A stretch of DNA of 64,000 nucleotides from Mobula hypostoma (lineage: Eukaryota), in NCBI RefSeq assembly GCF_963921235.1, contig NC_086097.1:214460001-214524000 (forward strand). The letters run 5' to 3'. This document shows, one piece after another, positions 26,660 through 39,730 of this stretch. The notes beneath the pieces are model-generated. The model had not been told where the DNA came from. It saw only the letters and a list, made by a program, of their open reading frames with translations, and did no database searches. A program made the translations under genes and the position numbers. The first letter of the stretch is position 1; each line of letters begins with the position of its first letter.

Positions 26660-26785
26660 TGTACAATCCCTGGAGCCTGGACCCAAAACATTGAATATTT
26701 CCCTTCACTCCTGCTGCCAAACCTGCTGAGTTCCTCCAGCATCTTGCTTGCTCCAGGTTCCAGCATCTGCAAACTTTCATGTCTC
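26660..26785 (+). mobile_element. Penelope-like terminal repeat, degenerate
   Basis: GACCCAAAACATTGAA...TGCTGCCAAACCTGCTGAGTTCCTCCAGCATC...CCAGCATCTGCA, shared with 35710-35840 and 40060-40155. Confidence 0.65.
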
Positions 26786-27033
26786 CACTTTATGGAAGAG
26801 GCCCTAATCAGTAGTACAGGGACAGCTGGAACTAAATTGCCAGGTACCGCTGGACTCATTCAGTTCCTCCAGCAGATTGTTTGTCAGATCAGAAGGGAAC
26901 TCTTTTGGGCAGAGCACCTCACCGTGTTGAGGCAAAATTCCTTCCATCCCTGCAGCTTCAATTAAATGGATTCTTTGGTAGTTAAGTTCTCCAAAAAACT
27001 GTACTTTGCTGACTTGAGCAGTCTGAGCAGTGC

Positions 27034-27397
27034 CAGACATCCCACCCTGCAAGAACTCATTTCAGGGAGGTAGCACAATCAATTTGCGGGAGACTCCCGG
27101 AACTTCTGGAAGAGGTGGAATGTCTGCAACAGAGTAGCTCCTTAGCAGCTAGCCAGCTAGTTTAAATAACGTTAGCTATGCTAATGAACAAATGACACCT
27201 GTTAAACTCACCTCAACATGTCTTTTACAGTCTTAACCCACCATGGGCAATAGAAAAGTTACTGCTGCAAACAGTGCAACGAGAAACACTGTTATTATTT
27301 TTGACCCCTATTAGGCAGGGGTACACTTTAGTGTAGTCTGGGGTGAGTACATATGTTTTATATTTTCTTTTTTTGGAACACTCTGCCATGGTGCATG

Positions 27398-27434
<37 letters not shown>

Positions 27435-27656
27435 ATTCTCTCTCTCTCTCTCTCTCATTCTCTCTTGTACTCTTTCTCTCTTTCTCACTCGCTCGCTCTC
27501 TCTCTAACTCTCGTGTTTGCTCTCTCTCTTGCTCGCTCTCTCTCTCGCTCTCAAAAAAATCGATTTCCGGGATATTGTATATAATTTGCAGGCATCAGGC
27601 AGCCACTATCAATATGCGGGGGACTCCCGGAACTTCCGGGAGAGGTGGGATGTCTA
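27034..27656 (-). mobile_element. hAT-like non-autonomous DNA transposon with 6-bp TSD (CAGTGC)
   Basis: TIR CAGACATCCCACC / GGTGGGATGTCTA. CAGTGC at 27028-27033 and 27657-27662. BED-like zinc finger remnant MAECSKKRKY...RCTVCSSNFSIAHGG (27389-27225). Confidence 0.85.
27398..27552. repeat. Imperfect (CT)n microsatellite inside the hAT-like element
   Basis: Direct reading. Confidence 0.9.
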
Positions 27657-27662
27657 CAGTGC

Positions 27663-28157
27663 TCGGACAGAGATTTAAGCACCTGGCCCGATTGTCAGGG
27701 TGTTGAGGAGCAAGCTGGTTTGGATTGCTGCTTGAAGCAGCAGAACCTGAAGTTTGGATGGAGAGTTGAGCGCTGGGCCAAATTGAAAAGGTCAAGGCAT
27801 CAGGGCCTGAGGTGAGGTGTGGGGATTGCTGCTCCACGACGTTTAGTTGGCTCTGCACTGAACTATGGGTCTCAAGCTCTCTTTGTGGACTTCAGAAATG
27901 CTACTTTCTTGCGGTTACTGTTTACATGATTTTTTTTATCATTGCATATTGGGTGTTCAGTCTTTTTTATGGGTTATTCTGCTCTTTAATTTTCTGATGA
28001 GCATGATGTGGTTTTTATTCTCTACACATTGGGTGTTAGACAGTCTTTTTCATATATATGGGGTTTGTTTTTGGGTTTCTTTATTTTGTAGTTGCCTGTT
28101 AGGAGACGAATCTCAAGGTATACATACTTTGATAATAAATGTACTTTAAACTTTGAG
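27663..28157 (+). mobile_element. Non-autonomous retroelement with Rex-type 3' tail
   Basis: Ends GAATCTCAAGG...CATACTTTGATAATAAATGTACTTTAAACTTTGA, like the Rex tail at 30050-30115. No RT similarity seen. Confidence 0.55.
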
Positions 28158-30115
28158 CTATTCAGTGAGCTTGATGCCTTTTATGCTCACTTTGACCGTC
28201 AAAACATGGAGGGAGCCTTCGCAAACTTCCACAGCCCCTGATGACCCTGTGAGATCAGTCTCTGAGACTGACGTGAGAGCATCCTTCGGGGGGTGAATTC
28301 CTAGAAAGCAACTGACCCAGGCAGGGTACCTGGCTGCATACTAAAGACCTGTGGCGATCAGCTAGTTAGAGTGTTCACTGATATCTTTAACAACTCACTT
28401 CGGCAGTCAGTTATACCGGTGCCTACAAACAACGTGGTAACCGGCCTCAATGACTATCATCCAGTAGCATTTACATCCACTGAGATGAAGTGCTTTCAGA
28501 GGTCGGTGATAAAACATACCAACTCCTTCCTGAGAAGTGACTTAAATCCACTCCAGTTTGCTTGCCGTCACAACAGGTCAACAGCTGATACCATTTCACT
28601 GGCTCTTCATTCAACCGTGGAGCATCTGGACAGTGAAGACGGGTACATCAGAGACGTTCTTCATTGACTACAGTTCGGCTTTCAATACTATCATCCCCTC
28701 AAATCTAATCAGTAAGTTTCAAGACCTTGACCTTAATACCTCCTCGATTTCCTCTCTAGCAGACCCCTATCAGTTTGGATTGGCAACGGCATCACCTCCT
28801 CAATCTCCATCAGCACAGGTGCATCACAAGGTTGTGTGTGCTTTGACCTCTGCTCTACTCGCTCTATAGTTATTACTGTGATGTTAAGCACAACTCCAAT
28901 GCCATATTTAAGTTTGCTGACGACACCCTGGCATAGCCAAATCAAAGGTGGTGATGAATCACTATATAGGAAGGAGATTGAAAATCTGGCTGAACGGTGC
29001 CTCAACAACATCTCACTCAGTGTCAGCAAGACCAAGGAGCTGATTATTGGCTTCAGGAGGAGGAAGCCATTTGCCAGTCCTTATCGGGGGAATCAGAGGT
29101 GGAGAGGGTCAACAACTTTAAATTGCTCAGTGTTATCATTTCAGAAGATCGGTACTGGGCCCAGCACTTAAGTGCCATTATGAAGAAAGCACAGCAGTGC
29201 CTCAACTTCTTTAGAAATTTGCGAAGATTTGGCATGTCATCTAAAACTTTGACCAATTTCTATAGATGTGTGGTGGAGAGTAGATTGACTACAAAATGTA
29301 ATGGATACAACCCAGTCCATTGCAGGTTAAGCCCTCCCTCCACTGACCAGATCCGTGTCATAGGAAAGCAGCATCCATCCATTCATCTATGCTCTTTTCT
29401 CATTGTGGCCATCAGGAAGAAGATACACCACAAGAACCCACACCACCAAGTTCAGGAGCGGTCAACCATTAGGCTTTTGAACCAGAGAGATCAGTTCACT
29501 GAACTTCACTCGCCCCATCACAGAACTGTTCCCACAATCTATGGGTTCATTTTCAAGGACTCTTCACTTCATGCTCTCAATATCTATTGCTTGCTTGCTT
29601 ATTTATTTATCTATTTATTTATTTATTAAAGTCTGTCACGAGCTCTGTGGCCCATCAGGCCAGTGCTTATGCCGGTGTCCGCGGCGTGAAGCGACTGAGA
29701 GTACGAGACTCCCCCCCAAATAGGACACCAGTCTATCACGAGGTTAGCCCCCAGCATTTTTGCTGGTACCCATTCTCAGCTAGGTAGACTGGAGCATTGT
29801 GTGGTTAAGTGCCTTGTTCAAGGGACACACGCTGCCCCGGCCAAATCGCTAGTCCAACGCCCTAACCATTTGGCCATGTGCCACACATTTATTTATAAGT
29901 TATTTGTTTATTTATTTATTATTTTCTTCTTTTGTATTTACAGAGTTTGTTGTCTTTGCACATTGGTTGTTTGTCCGTCATGTTGGGTGTGTTCTGTCAT
30001 TGATTCTATTGTGGTTCTTGTGTTTGCTATGTTTGCTACTGCCAAGTAATGAATCTTAGGGTTGTACATGATGACATATATGTACTTTCATAATAAATTT
30101 ACTTTGAACTTTGAA
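28158..30115 (+). mobile_element. Rex1/Babar LINE, degraded RT and 3' end
   Basis: [62 protein letters not shown]. Confidence 0.92.
29627..29886 (-). mobile_element. tRNA-derived SINE inserted in the (TTTA)n tract of Rex1
   Basis: Minus-strand head GTGGCACATGGCCAAATGGTTAGGGCGTTGGACTAGCGAT (box A-like), then GTCCCTTGAACAAGGCACTTAACC and AATGGGTACCAGC. Confidence 0.75.
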
Positions 30116-30724
30116 GCTGTCTTCAGAAATGTCCCCTTTGCTTGTCATGTAAATGTAGATCTCAGAGCCTTTTACACTTTGTGTTTATGTGACTGCTAAC
30201 AGATTATCTCTGTAATGGATAGATTCAAGAAGTCTTCAAATATGTGCATACAGCAGTTGTCATCGTTAGCTGTACATATAATGCAAGGAGAGTGTCAGAC
30301 ATGTTAGCATGGCTGCAAATAGGACATATCCAGTACAATTTTGTGATTGGGGTGGAACTGAGTTCTTGTGCGATCTACTGCAGAATGTATAAATTTCTGA
30401 TTGCTTCGTGCTGAAAATAATAAATGTTCTGTAATCCAGTGTCTAGGGCATTAATTAATAACAATTCACATGCATTTAAGAATAAAAATTACCAGACAGT
30501 TATGACGACAGTAGGAAAATTCCCAATAGTTTGTATTTATATTCTGTGTCTTTCACAATCTCAGGATTTTCACAATCAAAGTTACAGCTTTTCTGTCACT
30601 GCAATGTAGGAAAAGGCCAATTTAAAGGCAAGATGCACAGTCATAGGATGCATGACCAGGTGATCCCATTTTACTTCGATGGTATAAGTTGAAGGATGAC
30701 TCCTGTCTGGGACACCTTTGCATC

Positions 30725-30880
30725 CAGATGAGAGTTTAACATGGCTGCTAGAATGGTTTTCTAACATTGTAGCACTGTCCCTGTGCTGGACTGTGTTACC
30801 ATGTCAACTTATAATGTATGTCTAAGACCTGAAGTGGGGCTTCAATGTAAAACCTTCCAATCCATAGGTATAAATGCTAA
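30725..30880 (-). mobile_element. Ancient DeuSINE-like fragment
   Basis: GTTTAACATG...GTAGCACTGTCCC..TGCTGGACTG...TGTCAAC...GAAGTGGGGCTTCAA..AACCTTC resembles the reverse strand of the SINE head. Confidence 0.4.
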
Positions 30881-32267
30881 CACTGAGGTTGTTGTCTTCA
30901 GTCACCTTTAAGCATATATAATGGGTCTCAGAGGTGATTTGGGTGTGTCTGACTTCTGCACCATCCATAATTTGATTCTTTAGCCATTGTCTACAGATGT
31001 GCATTTTGCAGCAGTTACCAGTCAGCAAACAGGAGTAGGAATCTTGGCTGACCTTTCCCCTCACTACTGCATGAGAATTGAAGTCAATTATAACTTTCCA
31101 ACTGTTGCCCACTTGAGATTAGCTAATGCATGATGGATCCGAAGACTTCCAGTTTGTCTGGTTCAATGCCACTTTGGGAATGCCAATTACCCAGCAAGGA
31201 GACCATTGGGGAGTTGTAAATGCTACACTTAACTCGATATTCACAGTTCGTTCTTTGGTTTCACACATCTTTTCCCCACTTTTATCTCTGGTTCTGTCAT
31301 CTGAATTCATTAATAACCCAGTGCCAATATCATTAAAGCTCTTGATACACTGTGTCAGCCACAGCCATCAGTTACTTTTATGGTTTGGCTCCTGCTCTGT
31401 GCAGCTGCAGCTAAAAGCATTTTTAGCCGCTAGTTTAGGTATCAATTACCATTAATAAATTCATGGACTCCAGATAACCAGTGGTGATTAATTTTCAACG
31501 AGCTATTGTGGCTGAAAAATTTCTGACCTGGAAATAAATTGTGTGTAGACTATTTGATGGGTTAATGGAATGAAATTACTAATTAAGAAAGTGCTTGCTG
31601 CAGAAAAAATGACAATAACAGGTTGAAGATAAATATGAGAGAAATGCCTTTGAAATTCTCTTGAAATGTCCATCCCTTCTTTATTTACAAATTACAGCTA
31701 CAACTTTCCACTTTCAGATTTTGAAAAGAAATGACTGGCCCACTTGAATTCTGATTTCATATCTGATTTTAATATAATTATTTTAAATTTGTTATGAGGG
31801 TAAATGTTAAATATTGATAGTATTCACATAAACAGTTGAGTATCTATTGTGTTATGAGATTTCCCCAGTGAATTTTATTGAAGTTGTGAGCTGGCAGCTA
31901 TTTAGTGCCACTTTAATTCTTTTTACTTAGCATCACTCTGGTTTGCACTTGACACTATGGGGAGAATTACTGGGGTACTTGCCCAGAAGATCCATTGTCT
32001 TTGTGCACAATGACTGTTACAAACCTAATTGTGGACCAGCAGCTGAACTTTTGATTAACTTGTGTTTAACTGACTGGGGTAAATCAGACAAGTTACTTAT
32101 ATTCCTAAACCTTTGTTTCCAAAACTCACTGTAACAAGCAGACCTAGAAATCCTGTCTCTATTTTGTTATAACATTTTGTAGCTTTTCCAACTTGATATG
32201 GGTGATCAGAATAAATACTGCACAAAAAGATTTTGGTCTCAGCTCAGAACATCAACTGTCTATTCCC

Positions 32268-35200
32268 AATAGCACGAATGCAGCGATGTTTCACTACCAG
32301 ATGAGGTCTACATCTTGTATGCCCGCTTTGAAAGGGAGAATATAACTACAGCTGTGAAGATCACTGCTGCACCTGGTGACCCTGTGATCTCTGTCGTGGA
32401 TGCTGATGTCAGACTGTCTTTCGGGGGGGGGGGGGGTGAACTCATGCAAGGCAGCAGGCCCCGATGTAGTTCCTGGTAAGGCTCTGAAAACTTGCGTCAA
32501 CCAACTGGTGGGAACATTCAAGGACATTTTCAACCTCTAACTGCTATGGTTGGAAGTTACCACCTGCTTCAAAAGGGCAACAATGATACCAGTGCCTAAG
32601 AAGAGAAGTGTGAACAGCCTTAATGACCATTGTCCAGTAGCACTCACATCTACAGTGATGAAATGCTTTGAGAGGTTGGTCATGGCCAGAATCAACTCCT
32701 ACCTCAGCAAAGATCTGGACCTACTGCAATTTGCCTATCACCGATGTTCCCTCTAATTTTTAGTAGTCAGTGTGTGCAAAAATCTTACGTTGTGCAAGTT
32801 TTTTTCCTGTGACAGAAGTATGTGTACTCTGAATGCACACATGGCACAGTTTATGTAGGTTTACAAAATATTGGACATAAAACTGCACAGAACAACAACA
32901 AAATAACATACATATTTAAATCACTCAGTTATTTCTTCTCTCTCCTGTCTTTAGTATTTATCCATTCTTTGTAAACTCTATCTAGACTAATAGAACTTCC
33001 ATCCAATTGATAGCTTTTGATTCTCATTAACATATCCAAATGACACTCACCTAAACGTTTCTCAGCTTGTTTTTGAGTTAATTCATTAGGCTAAAACCTC
33101 GCTGACAGTCTGCACTAGACGCAAGAAAGGTTCCCCCAATGTCCGTCAACTGTGCAAGGTCACAAAATTGTTCATGTTGAAGTACAAATGCCACCATTTG
33201 AACAAAGTTTGAAATCAGTTTGGATTTAATTTTTTCTTGCACGGAAAATTTGAAATCATTAAACTGTCTAACTATTACAGTATTTTCAGCTAGAAAATCA
33301 TGATATTTTTGACATAAGGCATTAACTTGTTCTGGATAGTCTCCAGAAATTCAAATGCATAATTTTTGCTTTGCCAGCTGTTTGGGAGTTGAAATACTTT
33401 TCCATATGTTCATTAATGTGTTGAACTGAGTGTAAAGAGTTATTCATTTTAACAACTAACAACACACTGTCGATAAGAACTTTCATCTCCTCTGGGTTTG
33501 ATCATTTTCGCTCTTGCTCATCTGCCCTCAACCGTAACATGCGTAGCACTCCTGTAATGGGTAATGACGGGTTCTGTTGCCTGAGCTTTTGTACACCATC
33601 CAAATGTGATTTACTTGCCAAATGATGCTTCAAAAAGTCAAGATTCCAAATATCATCCCACTTCTTTCCACTAGCAAATTCTCCAGCAACTTTCGCATCA
33701 TGATAATACAAGCAGATGACTCCTGTTTCCAAATCATACATAAATATTTCTCGTAGCTGAACATTCATGACCTCATGAACTTTCGGTGTAGCAGTTTCTG
33801 CTATTTTGTTAAGCCATTCAAATTTAAACAAATTTGCAGTTCTTTTGCACTTCATGCCCTTCGCTTCTTTTGAATTCGACATAGTGAATCAATATTTTTT
33901 TCAATAAAAACTTAGTAAGCTAACTATAGGATTTGAAACAGATCTTTGTAAACTTTACAATATGAACACTGTCCGCCAAAGATGGCTGCCGCCATGATGC
34001 AGCTGCACAAACCGGAACAGGAAAGGTGAGGTGACGTAAATTAGTGATGTGCATTGTGGTATTTGAAAAACCAACTAACTAGTTAACGAAACATTTAGCT
34101 AAAAGATTATTTTCAATAAGTATTATATTAATTACTACATTATTTTAGGTAACTAACCTTTTGTGCGCACATTAATTTCCTTTGTGCGCTGGTTGAAAAA
34201 TGTGTGTGCACACGCACATGCACAGAGCTTAGAGGGAACATAGCCTATCACCACAATAGGTCTACAGCAGACACAATCTTAATGACTTTTCACCTGGGCA
34301 ATACAAACACCTATGTCAGGATGCTGTTTGTTGACAACAGCTTGGCATTTGAGAGCATCATTCCCACAGTCCTGATTGATAAGTTACAGAACCGGACCTC
34401 TGTATCTCCCTCTGCAATTGGATACTTGACTTCCTTACTGGAAGACCACAGTCTGTGTGGATTGGTATTACTAACTCCTCCTTGTTGACAATTATTGGCA
34501 CACCTCAGGGACGTGCGCTTAGCCCACTGCTCAACTCTCTCAATACCCATGACTGTGTGGCTATAAATGTCATCTATAAATTTGCTGATGATACAACCAT
34601 TGTTGGCAGAATCTCAGATGGAGATGAGAAGGCTTACAGGAGCACGATATACCAGCTAGTTGAGTGATATTGCAGCAACAATCTTGCACTCAGTGTCGGT
34701 AAGACCAAAGACCTGATTGTGGACTTCAGAAAGAGTACAATGAGAGAACATGAACCAGTCCTCATAGAGGAATCAGAAGTGGAGAGAGTGAGGAATTTCA
34801 AGTTCCTGGGTGTCAAGATCTCTGAAGATCTAACATGGTCTCAACATATCAATGCAGCTATATTTCATTTGGAGCTTGATGAGATTTGGTTTGTCACCTA
34901 AGACACTCAAAAACCTCTACAGATGTACCATGGAGAGCATTCTCACGGGCTGTATCACTGTCTGGTATGGGGTGGGGGGGAGCTCTTGCACAGGATCAAA
35001 AGAAGCTACAGAAAGTTTCCAAATTGGTAGGCTTCATCATGGGTACTAGCCTCTGTCTTATCCAAGACATCTTCAAGGAGCGGTGCCTCAGAAAGGCTGC
35101 GTCGATCGTTAAGGACTCCATCACCCAGGGCATAAGCTCTTCTCGTTGTTACCATCGGGAAGGAGGTACAGAAGCCTGAAGGCACTCACTCTGTGATTTA

Positions 35201-35451
35201 GGAACAGCTTCTTCCCCTCTGCCACCTGATTCCTAAATGGACATTGAACCCATGAACAATACCTCACTTTTTTAAATATTATTTCTGTTTTTGTAGTATT
35301 TTACATTTAACTATTTATTTTATATAGAATAAATCATTAAATTGATTTGTTTATTTTGTTTTTCCTGTATTATCATGTATTGCATCATACTGCTGCCACA
35401 AAGACAACATACTTCACGACGTATGCCAGTGATATTAAACCTGATTCTGAA
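32268..35451 (+). mobile_element. Rex1/Babar LINE (degraded), interrupted by a hAT element
   Basis: TTCFKRATMIPVPKK...LNDHCPVALTSTVMKCFERL...LQFAYH | [32 protein letters not shown]. Tail AAACCTGATTCTGA. Confidence 0.92.
32742..34243 (-). mobile_element. hAT (Tip100/Arthur-like) DNA transposon, internally deleted, 8-bp TSD CCTATCAC
   Basis: TIR CGATGTTCCCTCTAA / TTAGAGGGAACATAG. CCTATCAC at 32734-32741 and 34244-34251. N-terminus (33882-33502; FKFEWL...LKHHLASKSH) and hATC motif ASSADCQRGFSLMN near 33085-33125. Confidence 0.92.
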
Positions 35452-35589
35452 TCCCCAGCATACATGCTGCCTGACTTGCTGAGTTTCTTGAGTATTTTGT
35501 ATGTGCTGCTCCAGATTTCCAGCATCCGCAGAACCTCTTGTGTTTAGCTAAAAGTAAATCATATCATTTCACTACATTATCTCTTTCAC

Positions 35590-35840
35590 CATTCAACTTC
35601 TGAGCTCTTTAGTTCACTCCTCCCTGTCCCAGTTTAACCTATCCATTTGTGCTTCTTCCTCCTCTCCCCTCACCTTCTAACTCTGACTCCTCATCTTTTA
35701 CCTCTCAAGTCCTGATGAAGAGTCTCAGCTCAAAATGTCGACAGTACTCTTTTCCATTGATGCTGCCTGGCCTGCTGAGTTCCTCCAGCACTTTGTGTGT
35801 GTTGCTCGGATTTCCAGCATCTGCAGATTTTCTCTTGTTC
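35590..35840 (+). mobile_element. Penelope-like terminal repeat with decayed hammerhead motif (35709-35743)
   Basis: AGTC-CTGATGA-A-GAGT CTCA GCTC-AAAA-TGTC-GAC, followed by GATGCTGCCTGGCCTGCTGAGTTCCTCCAGCA. Confidence 0.8.
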
Positions 35841-36289
35841 ATGTTATTTCCCTTGTGTTAGGTTTCTCTTTGGAGTGGTTGAAACTTATTATCTTGCTAT
35901 AAAATTACTTTCTTCACAGGCATGCATATTCACACATTTCAATTTTTTAAAGATATTTTTGTGGCTCAAAGTGAGAGAGTGGGTGAGTAATCTACAGTTT
36001 TCAGCCCAGGTACTGAACGTTTCAATGAGGGAACAGCCTCCTCTGTACCGCTGTAGCTCAATTTCAGTCAATGCAAATCTATTCCTCATTGCACTTCGGA
36101 GAGGCATAATATTTATCCACCACAAAACCATGTTGTTTAACATCTCCACTGCTGTTCCTTTTTATCTGACATATCCAATGCCTAATTGGCAGGGATTTGG
36201 TAAATCCATTTGTAGCTGACAAGGAACGATCCCTGCTGGTGAGTGCATTGCATTCCTTCATTAACTACCATCTACCAGCTTGGTACGGG

Positions 36290-36526
36290 TTAGAATCAGA
36301 ATCAAAATCAGGTGTAATATCAGCAATGTATGTCATGAAATTGGTTGCCTTTGCAGTTGCAGTACAATACAATGCATAATAATAGAGAAAGAAAACATTA
36401 CAGTAAGTGTCTGTGTGTGCATATATGTACAAAACACAACAAGCAACAAAACAACTGCAGCAAAACAAGTCCTGTTTCTCCCTCACCTCCACCCTCTCAT
36501 GTGCGTACACACACACACGCACACAC

Positions 36527-36615
<89 letters not shown>

Positions 36616-37270
36616 CCTCCAACTGCACGATAGGCCATCCATCTCTGGCCTCCGGCCCCCAGTAGATTCGAGGATTTGCAGACATTGGGCTTTGGCTTCC
36701 TTAGGGGACTTGCAGACTCAAGGCTCTGGCCTCTTGGCCTCCAAATTCAGACTTCCAATCAACCTTCAATCTTCAGTATCGACCTGCGGTCTCCCTGATG
36801 ATGACACTTTGAGCTCCAGGCCTCGAACTCTGGATTCGCTGTTGATGGAACCCCAAACACTAGGCCTTGAACTTCAGTCTCGCCGATTCACGTACCTAGG
36901 CTTCAGCGGCCTTTATGCCTGCTGTCTGCACGGAACTCTAATCCCAGGACATACCGATGACCCTTAAACATTGGGGGGGGGGCGGTGGCATTAGTCCTTG
37001 CTGGCCTGCTGGCTCAACATCCAACCACAGATGTCCTTTGTCGCATGTCCCCATCACTGGACTTCAAACGTGGAGTGTGGAGCAGGAGCCTGTACTTCAG
37101 CCTGACCTCTAAAACCTCCACATTCCTGTCCCTTAACTCTAACCTGACTTGACTCCTAGCTTCCCCCTCTCTCCTCTAAACCATCTCTACAAATCTAAAG
37201 AAAGGGCTGAAAAAATAACTGTCTGAGCCATGACCTGGACAGAGACCATGGCACGGTGCCATCTTATCAG
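36290..37270 (-). mobile_element. Non-autonomous retroelement with Rex-type tail and AAGATGGC 5' end
   Basis: Tail AGAATCAGAATCAAAATCAGG...GTCATGAAATT; GC-richer body; GCCATCTT at 37258-37265. Confidence 0.55.
36507..36613. repeat. (CA)n microsatellite, ~53 units, imperfect
   Basis: Direct reading. Confidence 0.97.
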
Positions 37271-37339
37271 GATGTAGAGGGACTGATGACAGTTTTTGGC
37301 TATGGCATCAATGTAGTTGGACCAGGACAGCTTTTCATA

Positions 37340-37690
37340 ACGTTCACTTCGAGGAACGTGAAGTTCTCAAAACCTTTTGACCTCAGCACCGTTGATGTGC
37401 AGTGCTCCCCTTTCTGATGTCAGTGACCAGCCACTTTGTTTTGCTGATTCTGAGGGAATGCTTGTTTTCATGACACCCTGTCACTAGGCTTCCTCTCTCT
37501 CTCCTGCACTCCAACTTATTGTTATTTGAGGTTTGGCCTACTCTAGTGGTGTCAGCTGCATACCTGAGGTTACAGTTGGCATCCAGATGCTCCAGGGGTG
37601 AGTGTAGGGCCAGGGAGATGACGTTTGCCATAGACCTGTTTCTGCAGTATGCGAATTGCAGTGTGTTGAGGTTGTCTGAGGGGGATTGAA
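37340..37690 (-). mobile_element. Rex1-like RT fragment, internally deleted
   Basis: LNTLQFAYCRNRSMANVISLALH...YAADTTRVG...ISKTKWLVTDIRK. Confidence 0.8.
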
Positions 37691-39730
37691 TAAATAATAT
37701 GATGCGTGCAAAAATCATTTCCTTCTGACACCAATCGAAGAGGCATGGTGCATTTCCTTTTTAATGTTTTAAACAATGCTGAATTTCAAGGCTACAGTCT
37801 TTCAGATCTGTGCTTTGTAGATGTCCTTCATTAATGATACATTAGAATCATTAATGAAGAACATTATATTACAGGGTGCAAAGTAAAATCACACTATTCT
37901 TTGAATACCCCTTGCATGGTAATATTATACCTTTCCATAACTAGCACTTCTTCAAATACATAGCTTTTCAAAGGCACACTAAACAATCTAATAGTACTTT
38001 ATAAAATTCCCAATTTCCATGTAATTGCATCTCAAGAGGAACATCAGGCTTGCATTTTCCAAATGAAGCTGCTGTGCTGTTTACATTTCTACTTCTGGAA
38101 GGAGAATTTTGCCAGGATTACAATGACAGTCCCTTTGCCGCAAAAAACTTAAAGAGACATAGCAGGGGCGCTTTTGGGAAAAGTGCTGGCCAAAGAAAGG
38201 GATCTATTTGCACCTCTTCATGTGAGTCCATCTGGAAGAGGTTGAGCGTTATTGTTTCAACACGGCAAATAAATAGGGAGTTCATATCAACTGCTTTAAA
38301 ACATATGGCTCTTTTACTCTAATGCATGAAGATCTGAAATAAAATGTCATTATGTAATTGCATTCCCAAAGCAACGAATAAAGTATGTGCCAGAGGAAAG
38401 ATTAGCATTCACGACCTTCTGTTCAAGTATCTTCATTAATTCAGTAAAAACAATTACTCTCTGTCTCCATTTCAAATGAATAAATGTTTTTTTTAATATA
38501 TAATTTGATCAAGTTTTCCTGTATTTTCCTGCAATGTGACTCAGAGTCTTGTTGGGATGTGAATTTGGTTTGTTTGTTGGGTTAGCCTTTCTCAGCCTCA
38601 AGCCTACTTTACCTGGAATAACAAGGGATCATTGCACTCATGGACTGGCCAGTCCAGATTCTGTTTTAACTTACAAAGATGAGTACACTAAACCGTTAGA
38701 TTCCAAGGAACTATGCTAGATGTTTTCTATATGTTCTGCCCCAATGTTAAAAGATAACTTATCCTCTCCACCTTCTCATTTGCTTTGGCGAAAAGCTGAT
38801 AAGGCTGAATTCCCAGCATTAGCAGGCTAAAATTTAGCTGGCTAAGACTCTATAAAGTTGGGAATTGCACTGCAGGTCATAACCTAGGAGAACTTCTCCG
38901 TAGAGTAATCTTGACCAAGCAATGTGAGAGAGGCTGGGAATAATCACCACTGAGAGTCTCCTACACAGACCTCACATAAATAAATGGTTTCTGAAACTCA
39001 TGAAGTAGTTTATTTTCCATTATTTCTTATTTCTTGCCGACTGTGCCTCTTAATTTAAAGCAAGCTTTTAAAATGGCATATCCAAATTTAACCTGAGAGG
39101 GCCCTTATTTTCTCCAGGTTCAGACTGATCATGTTAAGGTGAACTGGGATGGGAGGGGGTACTGTGCATGGGTAGGGTAGATCCAATGATGGCAGAAAAT
39201 GTAAGGAGGGAGAGTAGGAGCAAGAACGGTTGTATCTTCCACCAGTGCAACGTTAAGATTGCTTTATATTGAGGTAGCTGTGCTCTGATCATGGGCTGTG
39301 GCACCAAAGGAACTAAAACCTGTGGGAAAGGTTTCTCCTGTTCTGGTTATCAGCTACATTTTTCATATAAAGTGGCCACAGGTATACCTAGTCCAGAAGG
39401 AAAATGTGAGTGCACTTGGAAGAAGTAATCTCTGTGTAAAAGGAGCCAATAAGTAATTGTTTTTTTTTTAAAGCATGTTTGGAACAATCAGGTGCCCAGA
39501 TTGCACTGATATCGTGTGGGCATTTGTGTCTTCCTGTATCTCCAACTAACTTCCCATCCCTGAATATCTTTAAGGCTTATTTCTGTTAAAATACCTCAGA
39601 TGAACATCTCAGCCACCTAAACTCACGCTGTGTGTTGACAAATATAGTCATCCCACTATCTCAGGTTCTCATGGAAGCATTTTGAATGTGCCAATCCACT
39701 GAATTGCTCATTTAAATTAGTCCTAGTAGT

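Noticed and set aside
27225..27706. RE-/SL-repeat ORFs
   Set aside because: Translation of a (CT)n tract. Only the short zinc-finger remnant is meaningful.
33502..33882. ZNF862-like host gene exon
   Set aside because: Lies within TIR/TSD-bounded hAT element with the catalytic core deleted.
36265..36967. His/Thr- and Cys/Val-rich ORFs
   Set aside because: Translation of a (CA)n microsatellite.
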